NCBI GenBank assembly: GCA_964487295.1
Contig: CAZAQL010000001.1
Coordinates: forward strand, 13,091-77,090
Direction of reading: 5' to 3'
DNA: 64,000 bases
From: an uncultured bacterium
Lineage (GTDB): Bacteria; Joyebacterota; Joyebacteria; Joyebacterales; Joyebacteraceae
In this document: piece after piece, positions 45,489 to 55,116 of the stretch
Layout: each line of letters opens with the position of its first letter
Position numbering within the stretch: the first letter of the stretch is position 1
Translations under genes and position numbers: made by a program
The notes under the pieces: generated by a model
What the model saw: the letters and a program-made list of their open reading frames with translations, nothing else
Database searches by the model: none
Told to the model about the DNA's origin: nothing

Positions 45489-47021
45489 CTAGCGTTCCCA
45501 CAGAAACGCGGTTGATGTCACATAGACCGCGCCGCGGCGCGACTTGGACTCACCCGGTGATGACGCCTCATGCGCGCCGACGACGAGCTCAAGCCAGCGA
45601 TCGCCGTCCGTGTCGATCGCGGCGACCGAACTCGCGACCGCGTCGCCGGGCGCGCCCACCAGAACGCCGTCGGCGTCCTCGGCGGTTCCGCGCTTCGCGC
45701 GCATCACGGACCGCAGGCTCCCCTTGTAGAGATACACCTCGCCCGACCGCTTTCGTTCGCCACCCATCCCGTTGACGAACTGTCCCGCCACGGCGATGTC
45801 GTCGAAGCCGTCCCCGTTGAGATCGACGATCATCGGGGCGAGTCCGAAGATGTCCCACTGGGAGCGCCCGACGAACGTGACGATGCGGTCGCTCGGCTCC
45901 TCCGGGTCCAGGGCGGTCCCGAGAGTGCCGGACAGAGCATCGATGCCGCTTCCCGGGTCGCCGAAGACGAGATGCGCTGATCCGCGGGAGACGTGCCTGT
46001 CGCCCTCCATCCCGGAGGTGTGAGATGAGATGACAGCGTCCGTCGCTCCGTCGCCGTCGACATCGCCGACGGCGATCGCGTAGCCGAGGAGACCGCGCTC
46101 GTCGGCGCCGGTGAGGCGCGCGATCGCGACGTCGGCGATCGTGGACGGACCGTTCGCGAGCGCCGACGCGGGAACGACGTAGACGGCGCCCACGTCCTCG
46201 ACCAGGCCGCCGTCCGCTCGCTCGGCGTCGAACTGGTGCGCGCCGATGAGAAGCTCAGGGAAACCGTCACCATCAACGTCTCCCGTGCGGACCGTTCTGA
46301 TCGATTCGCCCGACACCGACCCGACGATACGCGTCCGCATCGAGATGTGCGTCGCGTCGTGGTCCACGCCCGGCTCGAGCAGGCCGGTGTCGACGGCGTA
46401 GACGGCGCCGACGTCCGGCAGGGCGCCGCTGTCGTGTCCGGGTGCCGAGACGATGAGCTCGTCCCGGCCGTCACCGTCGATATCACAGGATGCGAGCGAG
46501 GCTCCGAAGGAGTCGCCGTTGCCCGCTCCGGTCATCGTCGCCACCACCGAGCACGACGCGTCGGTCGAGTCGCGTGGCTCCAGGATGAACACGCGGCCGT
46601 TGCGGATGCCGCCTGGAGAGCCGAACTCGGGAGCGCCGACGACGATCTCGTCGTCGCCGTCCGCGTCGATGTCCAGAAAGAGGATCGAGGATCCGAAGCG
46701 CGAGGTCGGGTCGCCCTCCCGGACGAGGAAGGCGGCGTCGGACGCGGCATCATCCGTGGTTCGACCGATGGCGTCGGCGGCGAGCACGTAGACGGCGCCC
46801 GCGTGGCCGGCGGCGCCCGGTGCTCCGACGGCGAGCTCGGGCGAGCCGTCCCCGTCGGTGTCGCCGACGGCGAGGCTCCATCCGAACTCGTCTCCGGGCG
46901 CGTCACCGCGGATGACGACGCCCGGCGGCAACGCCAGATCGACGGGCTCCGCGCCGCGGAGGCCGCCCGCGGCCGGCAGAGAGAGCGCGACGAGGGCGGC
47001 GAGGAGGATCCGTGCGGGCAT
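45489..47021 (-). CDS. secreted FG-GAP repeat (integrin-alpha-like beta-propeller) protein
   Basis: Signal peptide MPARILLAALVALSLPAAG. At least 7 repeats of the D-x-D/N-G-D-G..(A/G)AP.. type (DTDGDGSPELAVGAP, DIDADGDDEIVVGAP, CDIDGDGRDELIVSAP, GDVDGDGFPELLIGA, GDVDGDGATDAVIS, VDLNGDGFDDIAVAG, IDTDGDRWLELVVGA). Confidence 0.75.
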   Translation of the reverse strand: MPARILLAALVALSLPAAGGLRGAEPVDLALPPGVVIRGDAPGDEFGWSLAVGDTDGDGSPELAVGAPGAAGHAGAVYVLAADAIGRTTDDAASDAAFLVREGDPTSRFGSSILFLDIDADGDDEIVVGAPEFGSPGGIRNGRVFILEPRDSTDASCSVVATMTGAGNGDSFGASLASCDIDGDGRDELIVSAPGHDSGALPDVGAVYAVDTGLLEPGVDHDATHISMRTRIVGSVSGESIRTVRTGDVDGDGFPELLIGAHQFDAERADGGLVEDVGAVYVVPASALANGPSTIADVAIARLTGADERGLLGYAIAVGDVDGDGATDAVISSHTSGMEGDRHVSRGSAHLVFGDPGSGIDALSGTLGTALDPEEPSDRIVTFVGRSQWDIFGLAPMIVDLNGDGFDDIAVAGQFVNGMGGERKRSGEVYLYKGSLRSVMRAKRGTAEDADGVLVGAPGDAVASSVAAIDTDGDRWLELVVGAHEASSPGESKSRRGAVYVTSTAFLWER

Positions 47022-47283
47022 CGCGGACTCCTGGTCAGAAGTGTCTGCTCCGAACGAAGTTTCTGATCGGACCGCGCGCGTGCGATCCGGGGGAGCGTCG
47101 GGGCCTGGCGCGAGTATGCGCGCGGCGCGTCCGCCCCGTCAAGCGTCAGGCCCTCCGCCGTCCGGTCTCGGAGCGGCGACTGCCGTCAGACCACGGTGGG
47201 CACATGCCGTCAGGCCAAGGGGACGGCCTGCTGTACGGCCCGCGAGGCTGCCAAGACCCGCAGGGTGAAGCCCGGCCGTTCGC

Positions 47284-47312
47284 TTGACACCCTGGCTGCG
47301 GTGGCGATAGAG
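47284..47312 (+). promoter_or_regulatory. candidate promoter TTGACA-N17-ATAGAG
   Basis: Consensus -35. Weak -10. About 30 nt upstream of GTG 47340. Confidence 0.3.
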
Positions 47313-47339
47313 TCCGCGCACACCAGGGAGGTGCGGAGC

Positions 47340-48239
47340 GTGACGATGACCGTGACAGGCTATTCAAGGACGCGCCCGGCGCGCGCGGGAGAGGGTGCTG
47401 CCCGGAGCGGCCCGGCGCGCGAGGGAGACGGCGATACCCGGACCGGCCCGGCTCGCGCGGAAGCGAGCCGCACGGCGCCCCGGCGCCGGCGCCGCGCAGT
47501 GGGTGCGGCGGCGACTTGCGTCGGGCTCGCGGCGCTCGGTCTTGCGCTCCTCGGTCCGTTGCCGGTTCGAGCGGCGGAGCCTCTGTCGAGTGCGGAGCTC
47601 GCCGAGCTTCTGGAGCGCTACAATTCGTTCGTCAGACACGAGCGCTGTCTGATCGAGACGCTTCGCGTGGTCCAGACCATGGTGGATCCGCAGGAGGACG
47701 GCTCGGAGCGGACCGCGGTCGCCGAACTCACGTACATCGCCGGCAGCGGTATGGTCCGCGACGTACTCTCCTCGGACCTGGCCCATCCTGAGGGTGACTA
47801 CACGCTGGACAGCGTGATCGGACCCGAGCTTCCAGGCGGGGAGTACGACATCGAGCCCGTCGGCCGCGACACGGTGGACGGCGAGTCCGCGTTCCACCTG
47901 CGTGTGACCGCGCTCGACCGAGACAGGGATCACTTCGACGGCGAGATCTGGATATCCGAGATGGACGCCTCGCCCGTCCGCGTCCGGGGACGCGTCGCCG
48001 ACCCGCCCTTTCCCGTGGTCCTCATCACCTTCGACAAGCGGTTCGAGCGGCTCGCGCCGCAAGACGTTCGTGGCGAGGAGTGCCCGACCGCTCTCCGACT
48101 GCTCCGGCGTCACTCCGGCGAGGCCGAGGTGAACCTGCTGCTCGGGAGGAAGCGCGGGCAGCGTCACATCTTCTACGACGACTACGTCGTGAGGGTTCGA
48201 CCTCCGGACGGCGGGCCGACCGGAAGCACAGCCGATTGA
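47340..48239 (+). CDS. hypothetical secreted protein (Arg-rich TAT-like leader)
   Basis: GTG 47340 lies 8 nt after GGAGG; ATG 47346 is also in frame. Leader ..RRRRRAVGAAATCVGLAALGLALLGPLPVRAA. The mature part has ordinary globular composition. The antisense ORF 47364..48626 is R-rich junk. Confidence 0.5.
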   Translation: MTMTVTGYSRTRPARAGEGAARSGPAREGDGDTRTGPARAEASRTAPRRRRRAVGAAATCVGLAALGLALLGPLPVRAAEPLSSAELAELLERYNSFVRHERCLIETLRVVQTMVDPQEDGSERTAVAELTYIAGSGMVRDVLSSDLAHPEGDYTLDSVIGPELPGGEYDIEPVGRDTVDGESAFHLRVTALDRDRDHFDGEIWISEMDASPVRVRGRVADPPFPVVLITFDKRFERLAPQDVRGEECPTALRLLRRHSGEAEVNLLLGRKRGQRHIFYDDYVVRVRPPDGGPTGSTAD

Positions 48240-48263
48240 GGGATGTCCGCCGCCGGCGGGCAG

Positions 48264-48360
48264 GCATGGGGAGTCCGTCGCCGGCGGGTACGCATGGGGA
48301 GTCCGCCGCCGGCGGGTGCGCATGGCGAGTCCGCTGCCGGCGAGTTCGCATGCGGTCGGG
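48264..48360. repeat. 28-bp tandem repeat x ~3.5 (GCATGGGGAGTCCGCCGCCGGCGGGTGC)
   Basis: Units at 48264-48291, 48292-48319 and 48320-48347, a degenerate fourth copy, and a partial copy starting at the stop codon (48237) of the upstream gene. Confidence 0.85.
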
Positions 48361-48692
48361 CGGCCTCCGATGGCCGAACGCTGCCGAATTCGATTGACAG
48401 AATTGCGCGAGTTCTGTATGTGTCCATTATGACACAGCTCAGGGGCTGCGGCTGACCGTTCCTGGGCGCCCCGACAGGGGTGAGGAGCCGCTCTTGGGCG
48501 GCTCCTGTCTGAGATTGGGAGGAGCGCGGCGCTTACCGTGTTCCTCCCGATTCGTCTGAGTGCGGCGCGGACCCTTCTCCTCCCGATTCGTCTGAGTGAG
48601 CGGCGGCGGCATGAGAAACGCCCCACCCGAGGGTGGGGCGTCTCCGTGGTGATCGGTCGTCCCTGGGCGGGTCATCCCGCCCGGAGCCGCTG

Positions 48693-49262
48693 TCAGCGAT
48701 ACAGCGCCTTGATCGCCGACCAGGATCTCTCCTCGACCGGCTGGCCCTCGCAGTCGCCGTCGTCGGCGAACTTGCCGACCCCGCCGTGCCAGAGAACGCA
48801 GTAGATGTGGACCTGATCGTCGCAGTCGACCACCCAGCGCGGGTAGTCGGGATGGTCACCGATGATGATGTCGCCTGGCGCTCCCAGGTAGAACAGGTGC
48901 ACCACGGCGATCGGGTACGGGTGCTGCCCGAGATCGATGCACTCGGTGGACGAGAGCGTGATGCCCTCCTCCCAGTTGCCGATGGAGAGGCCGCCGGGGA
49001 GGAGGCTCTCGTAGCTCGGCGGCGAGGACGTCCCGGGTGTCACGTCGAGCTGGAACGAGATGGTCGTGAAGCCCACGCCGCTGCCGAACATCTCGAGCAT
49101 GACGTAGGCATCCACGGACGTGTAGGCGTCGGGATAGGCCTGGGGCTGGTAGTTCCCCGGGTCGAAATCGATGTACATCGCGTCGAAGCCGACCGGGTTG
49201 CCCGCGGCCACGGCGGCGCCCAGCGACAGGAGCAGCACGACAGCCATAGCAGTACGCAGCAT
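48693..49262 (-). CDS. hypothetical secreted protein
   Basis: ATG 49262 with GGGAGGTGA RBS. Signal peptide MLRTAMAVVLLLSLGAAVAAG. 189 aa. No recognised domain. Confidence 0.55.
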   Translation of the reverse strand: MLRTAMAVVLLLSLGAAVAAGNPVGFDAMYIDFDPGNYQPQAYPDAYTSVDAYVMLEMFGSGVGFTTISFQLDVTPGTSSPPSYESLLPGGLSIGNWEEGITLSSTECIDLGQHPYPIAVVHLFYLGAPGDIIIGDHPDYPRWVVDCDDQVHIYCVLWHGGVGKFADDGDCEGQPVEERSWSAIKALYR

Positions 49263-49398
49263 GGTCACCTCCCTCGTTGAGGACGAGCACCGACCACCAG
49301 TCATCATTATACCACGCCCTGCCGGTCGATGCACGAGCCGCGCAGCGCCGGACCGGGTTCACCGGAAGAAGCCCCGCGGTCCCGCGATGCGGGGCGCG

Positions 49399-49428
49399 TT
49401 GACAGGCGGTCCGTTTCGCCGATAGAAT
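49399..49428 (+). promoter_or_regulatory. candidate sigma-70 promoter TTGACA-N18-TAGAAT upstream of ABC exporter operon
   Basis: About 70 nt upstream of ATG 49498. Confidence 0.4.
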
Positions 49429-49497
49429 CCACATGCGCCACACGCCCGGCACCACCCGCAGTCCCGCCATGAGATTCTTCCGGCATCAGGGGAACGC

Positions 49498-51267
49498 ATG
49501 AGCAGCTTCAGGGGCTTCCTGACACACCTCGCCCGATATCGATGGAAGGTGCTGCTGGGCCTTGCGAGCCTGATCGTTGTCGACGCGATGCAGCTCGTCA
49601 TCCCGCGGATCATCAAGAGCGCCGTCGATGATCTCACGGCCGGCGCGGCCGGCGGGAACGACCTCGTCCGGTACGGGCTCGTCATCGCCGGACTCGCCGC
49701 CGGCATCGCGGTCTTCCGGTTCGCCTGGCGCTTCTTCATCATCGGGACCTCCCGCCGGATCGAGGAGGACATCCGCAACAGGATCTTCCGCCACCTCCAT
49801 CTGCTCTCCGCCCGGTACTACTCCGCAAACAAGACCGGTGACCTGATGGCGCGCGCGACGAACGACCTGAACGCGGTCCGGATGGCGTGCGGCATCGGCA
49901 TCGTCGCGATGACCGACGCCGTCCTGCTGGGGCTTGCGACCATCGTGTTCATGCTGGCGCTCAACGTGCGACTGACGCTGCTCGCTCTCATTCCGATGCC
50001 CATCATCGCGCTCTTCGCGCTCCGGGCGGGGCGGATGCTCCACCAGCGGTTCGAGAGAGTGCAGGCGACCTTCTCGGACCTCACCGAGCGCGTGCGGGAG
50101 AGCATCGCCGGGATCCGCGTGGTCAAGGCGTACGTGCAGGAGGACTACGAGTTCGAGCGCCTCGCCGACGTCGGTCGGGACTACATCCGGAGGAACATCC
50201 GGCTCGTCAGGGTCTGGGGGGCGTTCTTCCCGTTCATCATGCTCCTCTCCAGCATGAGCATCGTCATCGTGATCTTCGTGGGCGGCCGGCAGGTGATGAC
50301 GGGAGACATCTCGACCGGCGACCTCGTGGCCTTCACGAGCTACCTCGGGATCCTGACCTGGCCGATGATGGCCATGGGGTGGGTCGTCAATGTCATGCAG
50401 CGCGGCGCGGCGTCTATGGAGCGCATCCAGGGTATCCTCGACGCGGACGTGGAGATCGCCGACGCCGACGGGGCCGTGGAACTCGACGAGGTCCGCGGTG
50501 AGATCGAGTTCGATCACGTGACCTTCCGCTATGAGAAGGACCTCGAGCCCGCTCTCGACGACGTGAGCTTCCACGTGCCCTCGGGCTCGTGGCTCGGCGT
50601 CCTGGGGCGGACCGGGTCCGGCAAGAGCACCGTGTGCAATCTCCTCCTCCGGCTGTTCGAGACGGACGAGGGCACCGTGATGCTCGACGGGCACGACGTG
50701 AGATGTCTAACGCTCGCGTCGCTCAGGCGGGCCTACGGATACGTTCCGCAGGACACGTTCCTCTTCTCCGATACCGTGCTTGAGAACGTCCGGTTCGGAC
50801 ACCCCGGCGCGACCGAGGACGACGTGCGGAGGGCGCTCGACGTGGCCGGCATCGCCGAGGAGATCGAGGAGTTCCCGAAGGGGCTCGAGACGCTCGTCGG
50901 CGAGCGCGGCGTGACGCTGTCGGGCGGGCAGAAGCAGCGGATCGCCATCGCGCGCGCCATCCTCGGTGCGCCGGCGGTCATCATCCTCGACGACTCGCTG
51001 TCGTCGGTCGACACCGCGACCGAGGAGCGCATCCAGGAGCACCTGCGCGATGAACTGGCGGGTCGCACGAGCATCATCGTGTCGCACCGCATCTCGTCGA
51101 TCAAGGACTGCGACCAGATCATCGTTCTCGACGAGGGCCGCGTCATCGAGCGTGGTCGGCACGAGCAGCTCGTCGAGCACGGGGGCCTCTACGCGGACAT
51201 CTACCGCCGGCAGCTGCTGGAGGAGGAGATGGAGGAGAGCGACGAGGCGGAGGAGGAGACCGCGTGA
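49498..51267 (+). CDS. ABC transporter permease/ATP-binding protein (type I exporter half-transporter, subunit 1)
   Basis: Six-TM domain followed by Walker A GRTGSGKST, signature LSGGQKQR, Walker B IILDDSLSS. Confidence 0.85.
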   Translation: MSSFRGFLTHLARYRWKVLLGLASLIVVDAMQLVIPRIIKSAVDDLTAGAAGGNDLVRYGLVIAGLAAGIAVFRFAWRFFIIGTSRRIEEDIRNRIFRHLHLLSARYYSANKTGDLMARATNDLNAVRMACGIGIVAMTDAVLLGLATIVFMLALNVRLTLLALIPMPIIALFALRAGRMLHQRFERVQATFSDLTERVRESIAGIRVVKAYVQEDYEFERLADVGRDYIRRNIRLVRVWGAFFPFIMLLSSMSIVIVIFVGGRQVMTGDISTGDLVAFTSYLGILTWPMMAMGWVVNVMQRGAASMERIQGILDADVEIADADGAVELDEVRGEIEFDHVTFRYEKDLEPALDDVSFHVPSGSWLGVLGRTGSGKSTVCNLLLRLFETDEGTVMLDGHDVRCLTLASLRRAYGYVPQDTFLFSDTVLENVRFGHPGATEDDVRRALDVAGIAEEIEEFPKGLETLVGERGVTLSGGQKQRIAIARAILGAPAVIILDDSLSSVDTATEERIQEHLRDELAGRTSIIVSHRISSIKDCDQIIVLDEGRVIERGRHEQLVEHGGLYADIYRRQLLEEEMEESDEAEEETA

Positions 51268-53351
51268 CGCACGGGTATCACGAAGATGACATCATGGGGA
51301 AGGCGTACGACGCGCGGCTTGTGCGGCGCCTCCTCACGTTCGTGCGGCCCTACGCGCGCCTCATCGTGCTGGCCGTCCTCATGCTCGTCGCCGTCGCCGC
51401 GTTCGAGATCGCGTTACCGTATCTCACCCGTTCGGCCATCGACGATTACATCGTCGCGACGTCCCGGCTCATCGTCTCGGACGGGGAGGGAGCGGCGTTC
51501 GTCGAGCGGCATCCCGACGGGCTCATGCCGGTCGACGGAGAGCCGGGTTCGTACTTCGCCCGGACGAAGACGCTCTCAGGATACGATCCGCGCGAGGTCG
51601 CGCGCGCTTCGGATCAGGGCGTCATCCGCGACGGGTTCTACTACCTGGCCGACCGCGAGCGGGCCGTCCGGGCGGGACTCGACCTCGACGACCTCAGGAC
51701 CGCCGGATCGGTCGTCGCGATCCCGATCGACTCTCTCTCCGGGCTCTCTCCGGAGCAGGTGCGCATCCTGCGCGCCGAGGACTTCGAGGGAATCTCGCGC
51801 ATCGCGCTCACGATCGTGGCGATGCTTGTCCTCTCGTTCACGTTCACGCTGCTTCAGATCAACATGATGGAACTGACGTCCCAGCGAGTCATGTACGACA
51901 TCCGGATGCGCGTGCTCGGACACCTGCAGAGACTGTCGCTCTCCTTCTTCGACAAGAATCCCGTGGGCCGCCTCGTCACGCGCACGACGAACGACGTGCA
52001 GGTCCTTCACGAGATGTTCACGTCGATCGTCATCACGCTCTTGCGGGACGTGTTCGTTCTGCTCGGCGTCGTGATCGTGCTCCTCCGGCTCAACTGGCGA
52101 CTCGCGCTCGTGAGCTTCGCGGTGCTGCCGTTCATGGCGTGGGTGACCGTCCGGTTCAGCGTTCTCATCCGAGATGCGTTCCGCGAGGTTCGCATCAAGG
52201 TCGCGCGCATCAACGCGTCGCTTCAGGAGAACATCAGCGGCATGCGGGTCACTCAGATCTTCCGGCGTGAGGAGGAGAGCTGCCGGCGGTTCGCGATGAT
52301 CAACCACGAGAACTACCTGGCGGCGATGCGGCAGGTGAAGACGTTCGCGATGTTCATGCCCGTCATGGAACTCGCGAGCGCCATCGCGATCGCGCTCGTC
52401 ATCTGGTACGGCGGCGGCAAGGTCGTTCAGAGCACTCTCTCGCTCGGCACGCTCGTGGCGTTCCTGTCGTACGTCCAGATGTTCTTCCGTCCACTCAGGA
52501 ACCTCGCGCAACAGTACGGGACGATGCAGCAGGCCATGGCGTCGTCGGAGCGGATCTTCCAGTTGCTCGACAACGACCGGATCATCCCTGATCCAGAGGA
52601 GCCTGTCACGCTCGAGCACGTCGAGGGGCGTATCGCGTTCGAGGACGTCTGCTTCGCGTACGTCGAGGGAGAGCCGGTCCTCCGGAACGTCTCCTTCACG
52701 GTCGAGCCAGGCGAGACGGTTGCGATAGTCGGCGCGACGGGCGCCGGTAAGACCTCGATCATCAGCCTCATCGAGCGGTTCTACGACATCCAGGAGGGCC
52801 GCATCACGCTCGACGGCGTGGATATCCGGAAGCTCAGCAAGTCGGATCTCAGGCGCCACATCGGGCTGGTGATGCAGGACGTGTTCGTCTTCGCCGGCGA
52901 CATCAAGGGGAACATCCGCCTGGGGAACGAGGAGATCGGGGATGAGGAGCTTCAGCGCGTCTCCAGACACGTCAACGCCGACCGCTTCATCCGCAGGCTG
53001 CCTGGCGGGTACGAAGAGGAGGTCCGGGAGCGCGGCTCCACGCTCTCGACCGGGCAGCGCCAGCTCCTCGCGTTCGCGCGCGCGCTCGCGTTCGATCCGC
53101 GCATCCTCATCCTCGACGAGGCTACCTCGAACATCGACACGGAGACGGAGGCGCTCATCCAGGACGCGCTCGTCCGTCTCATGGAGGGGCGCACCTCGAT
53201 CGTCATCGCGCATCGGCTCTCCACGATCCAGCACGCGGACAAGATCCTCGTAATGCACAGGGGCCGCATCCGCGAGGTCGGGACACACCAGGAGCTCCTC
53301 GCGAAGCGGGGGTACTACCACACGCTCTACCAGCTGCAGTACGCGCAGTAG
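51264..53351 (+). CDS. ABC transporter permease/ATP-binding protein (subunit 2) with ~110-aa extracytoplasmic insert between TM1 and TM2
   Basis: GTG overlapping the upstream stop (GTGA); ATG 51294 is an alternative. Walker A GATGAGKTS, signature LSTGQRQL, Walker B LILDEATS. Long loop VATSRLIVSDGEGAAF..EDFEGISRI after the first TM. Confidence 0.85.
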   Translation: MTHGYHEDDIMGKAYDARLVRRLLTFVRPYARLIVLAVLMLVAVAAFEIALPYLTRSAIDDYIVATSRLIVSDGEGAAFVERHPDGLMPVDGEPGSYFARTKTLSGYDPREVARASDQGVIRDGFYYLADRERAVRAGLDLDDLRTAGSVVAIPIDSLSGLSPEQVRILRAEDFEGISRIALTIVAMLVLSFTFTLLQINMMELTSQRVMYDIRMRVLGHLQRLSLSFFDKNPVGRLVTRTTNDVQVLHEMFTSIVITLLRDVFVLLGVVIVLLRLNWRLALVSFAVLPFMAWVTVRFSVLIRDAFREVRIKVARINASLQENISGMRVTQIFRREEESCRRFAMINHENYLAAMRQVKTFAMFMPVMELASAIAIALVIWYGGGKVVQSTLSLGTLVAFLSYVQMFFRPLRNLAQQYGTMQQAMASSERIFQLLDNDRIIPDPEEPVTLEHVEGRIAFEDVCFAYVEGEPVLRNVSFTVEPGETVAIVGATGAGKTSIISLIERFYDIQEGRITLDGVDIRKLSKSDLRRHIGLVMQDVFVFAGDIKGNIRLGNEEIGDEELQRVSRHVNADRFIRRLPGGYEEEVRERGSTLSTGQRQLLAFARALAFDPRILILDEATSNIDTETEALIQDALVRLMEGRTSIVIAHRLSTIQHADKILVMHRGRIREVGTHQELLAKRGYYHTLYQLQYAQ

Positions 53352-53430
53352 CCGGGGGGCGGCGTCCTCGCGTCGGGCGCCACAGCAGTGGCCGGGCATC
53401 GATCGGTGCCGGGCAGCGACGGAGGAACAG

Positions 53431-55071
53431 ATGGCATACGCACTCATCGAGCGGTCCGGAGGCGAGCGCGTCGTCCACGTGCTCCGAGAGGGAGAGCAGA
53501 CCGTCGGGCGCTCGTCCGATTGCGACATCCGGCTCGGGCACTCCTCGGTATCGCGGAGCCACGCGAGCATCACAGTCGACGGCGGCCACGTGACCGTTCG
53601 CGATCTCGGCAGCCGCAACGGCACGTTCGTCGGCGGCGAGGCCACGAGCGGGGCCGTCGAGGTCTCGCCGGGGCAGGAGATCGAGTTCGCCGGGGTCGGG
53701 ATGGAACTCGTCGACCGTGACGCGTCGAGGAACGGCAGTGCGTCGCTCGACGCGTCCGCCGTCGTGAGCTCGGTGATGGCCGCGTCGGAACTGAAGACGC
53801 CCGGGAAGGGACGCGAGAGCGGGTCCGGACTCTTCCGGGTCCTGGCCGACGCCGGCGCGTTCCTCGTCTCGGAGCGTCCGCTCGACACCATCTACGAGGA
53901 CGTGCTCGACCTGGTGGAGCGCGCGGTCTCGTGCGAGCGGGCCGTCATCCTCGTCCGCGAGGACGGAGGCGAGCCCGTCGTCAGGGCTTCGAGGGTTCGC
54001 GGACAGGGGGCCGGTTCCGACCGGCTGGTTCTGAGCCACACGATGGTCCAGCGCGTGCTCGATGAGGGTGTCGCGCTCCTGACGACCGACGCGCAGTGCG
54101 ACCCGCGCTTCGAGGGGCGGGAGAGCGTCGTCGCGCAGGGCATCCGGGCGGCGATGGCGGCGCCGCTGCACGACAACGAACGGGTCATCGGCCTGCTCTA
54201 CGCGGACACGACCGACCCGGCGTCCTGGTACAACGACGATGAGCTTCGAGCCTTCACCTCGCTCGCCAATCTGGTCGCCGTGAAGATCACGCAGGCCCGG
54301 CTCGCCGCGGCAGAGGAGGAGCGGAAGCGACTCGAGCGGGAGCTCTCGACGGCGCGCGAGATCCTCTCGAACATCCTCCCCGCAGAACTGCCGGACGCCG
54401 AGGGCTACGAGGTGTGCGCGTTTCACGAGTCCTGCTTCGAGGTCGGTGGAGACCTCTACGACGTCAGGCACTTCGACGACGGACGCTCGCTCGTGCTCGT
54501 CGGCGACGTGGCCGGCAAGGGGCTCGGAGCGGCGCTCCTCGTGTCGAGCATCGTGCCGATGGCGCACGCGCTGCTGGAAGGCGAGACGGAGCTCGTCGAC
54601 GCGGTGACGAGACTCAACAGACAGGTGTTCAGAGCGACGGACGCCGTCCGGTACGCGACGCTCTTCGTGGGGATGCTCGACCGGCCGACCGGTCGGCTGG
54701 TGTACGTCAACGCGGGACACAACCCGCCCTATCTCGTGGAGCCTGACGGGAGCGTCCGGGAGGTCAAGGCGACGGGGACGCCGGTGGGCATGCTCGAGGC
54801 CGTACCCTTCTCCGCGAGCGAGGTGACGCTCGCGCCCGGGGCCGTTCTCGCGGCGTTCAGCGACGGTGTGACCGAGGCGGAGCGCGCGGACGGGGCCTTC
54901 TACGACGAGGAGCGCCTCCTCAAGGCCCTGGACCGGGTCCGGACGGACTGCGCCGGGGCGATCGTGTCGGGGGTTCTCGATGACGTTCGCGAGTTCGTCG
55001 GGGACTGCGCTCAATCGGACGATGTGACGCTGCTCGTCATCCGGAGGCTCCCCGGGGCAGGGTCCGACTGA
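53431..55071 (+). CDS. FHA - GAF - PP2C (SpoIIE/RsbU-like) serine/threonine phosphatase
   Basis: FHA QTVGRSSDCDIRLGHSSVSRSHASITVDGGHVTVRDLGSRNGTFV. Central GAF-like region. PP2C motifs GDVAGKGLGAALLVS and AFSDGVTEA. Confidence 0.8.
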   Translation: MAYALIERSGGERVVHVLREGEQTVGRSSDCDIRLGHSSVSRSHASITVDGGHVTVRDLGSRNGTFVGGEATSGAVEVSPGQEIEFAGVGMELVDRDASRNGSASLDASAVVSSVMAASELKTPGKGRESGSGLFRVLADAGAFLVSERPLDTIYEDVLDLVERAVSCERAVILVREDGGEPVVRASRVRGQGAGSDRLVLSHTMVQRVLDEGVALLTTDAQCDPRFEGRESVVAQGIRAAMAAPLHDNERVIGLLYADTTDPASWYNDDELRAFTSLANLVAVKITQARLAAAEEERKRLERELSTAREILSNILPAELPDAEGYEVCAFHESCFEVGGDLYDVRHFDDGRSLVLVGDVAGKGLGAALLVSSIVPMAHALLEGETELVDAVTRLNRQVFRATDAVRYATLFVGMLDRPTGRLVYVNAGHNPPYLVEPDGSVREVKATGTPVGMLEAVPFSASEVTLAPGAVLAAFSDGVTEAERADGAFYDEERLLKALDRVRTDCAGAIVSGVLDDVREFVGDCAQSDDVTLLVIRRLPGAGSD

Positions 55072-55116
55072 GCGAGCCGGGGACGCGCCAGACGCGCGGT
55101 TCACGTGGCGTGGGCG

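Noticed and set aside
46236-47066. 276-aa plus-strand ORF
   Set aside because: Antisense to the FG-GAP repeat gene, whose seven FG-GAP/Ca-binding repeats and signal peptide are clear.
47364-48626. 420-aa minus-strand ORF spanning the 28-bp repeats
   Set aside because: Arginine-rich, partly a translation of tandem repeats. Antisense to a plus-strand gene with normal globular composition, RBS and signal peptide.
51576-55104. Long minus-strand ORFs 51576..53891 and 53203..55104
   Set aside because: Antisense to the ABC exporter subunit 2 and the FHA-GAF-PP2C gene, both of which have clear Walker/PP2C motifs on the plus strand.
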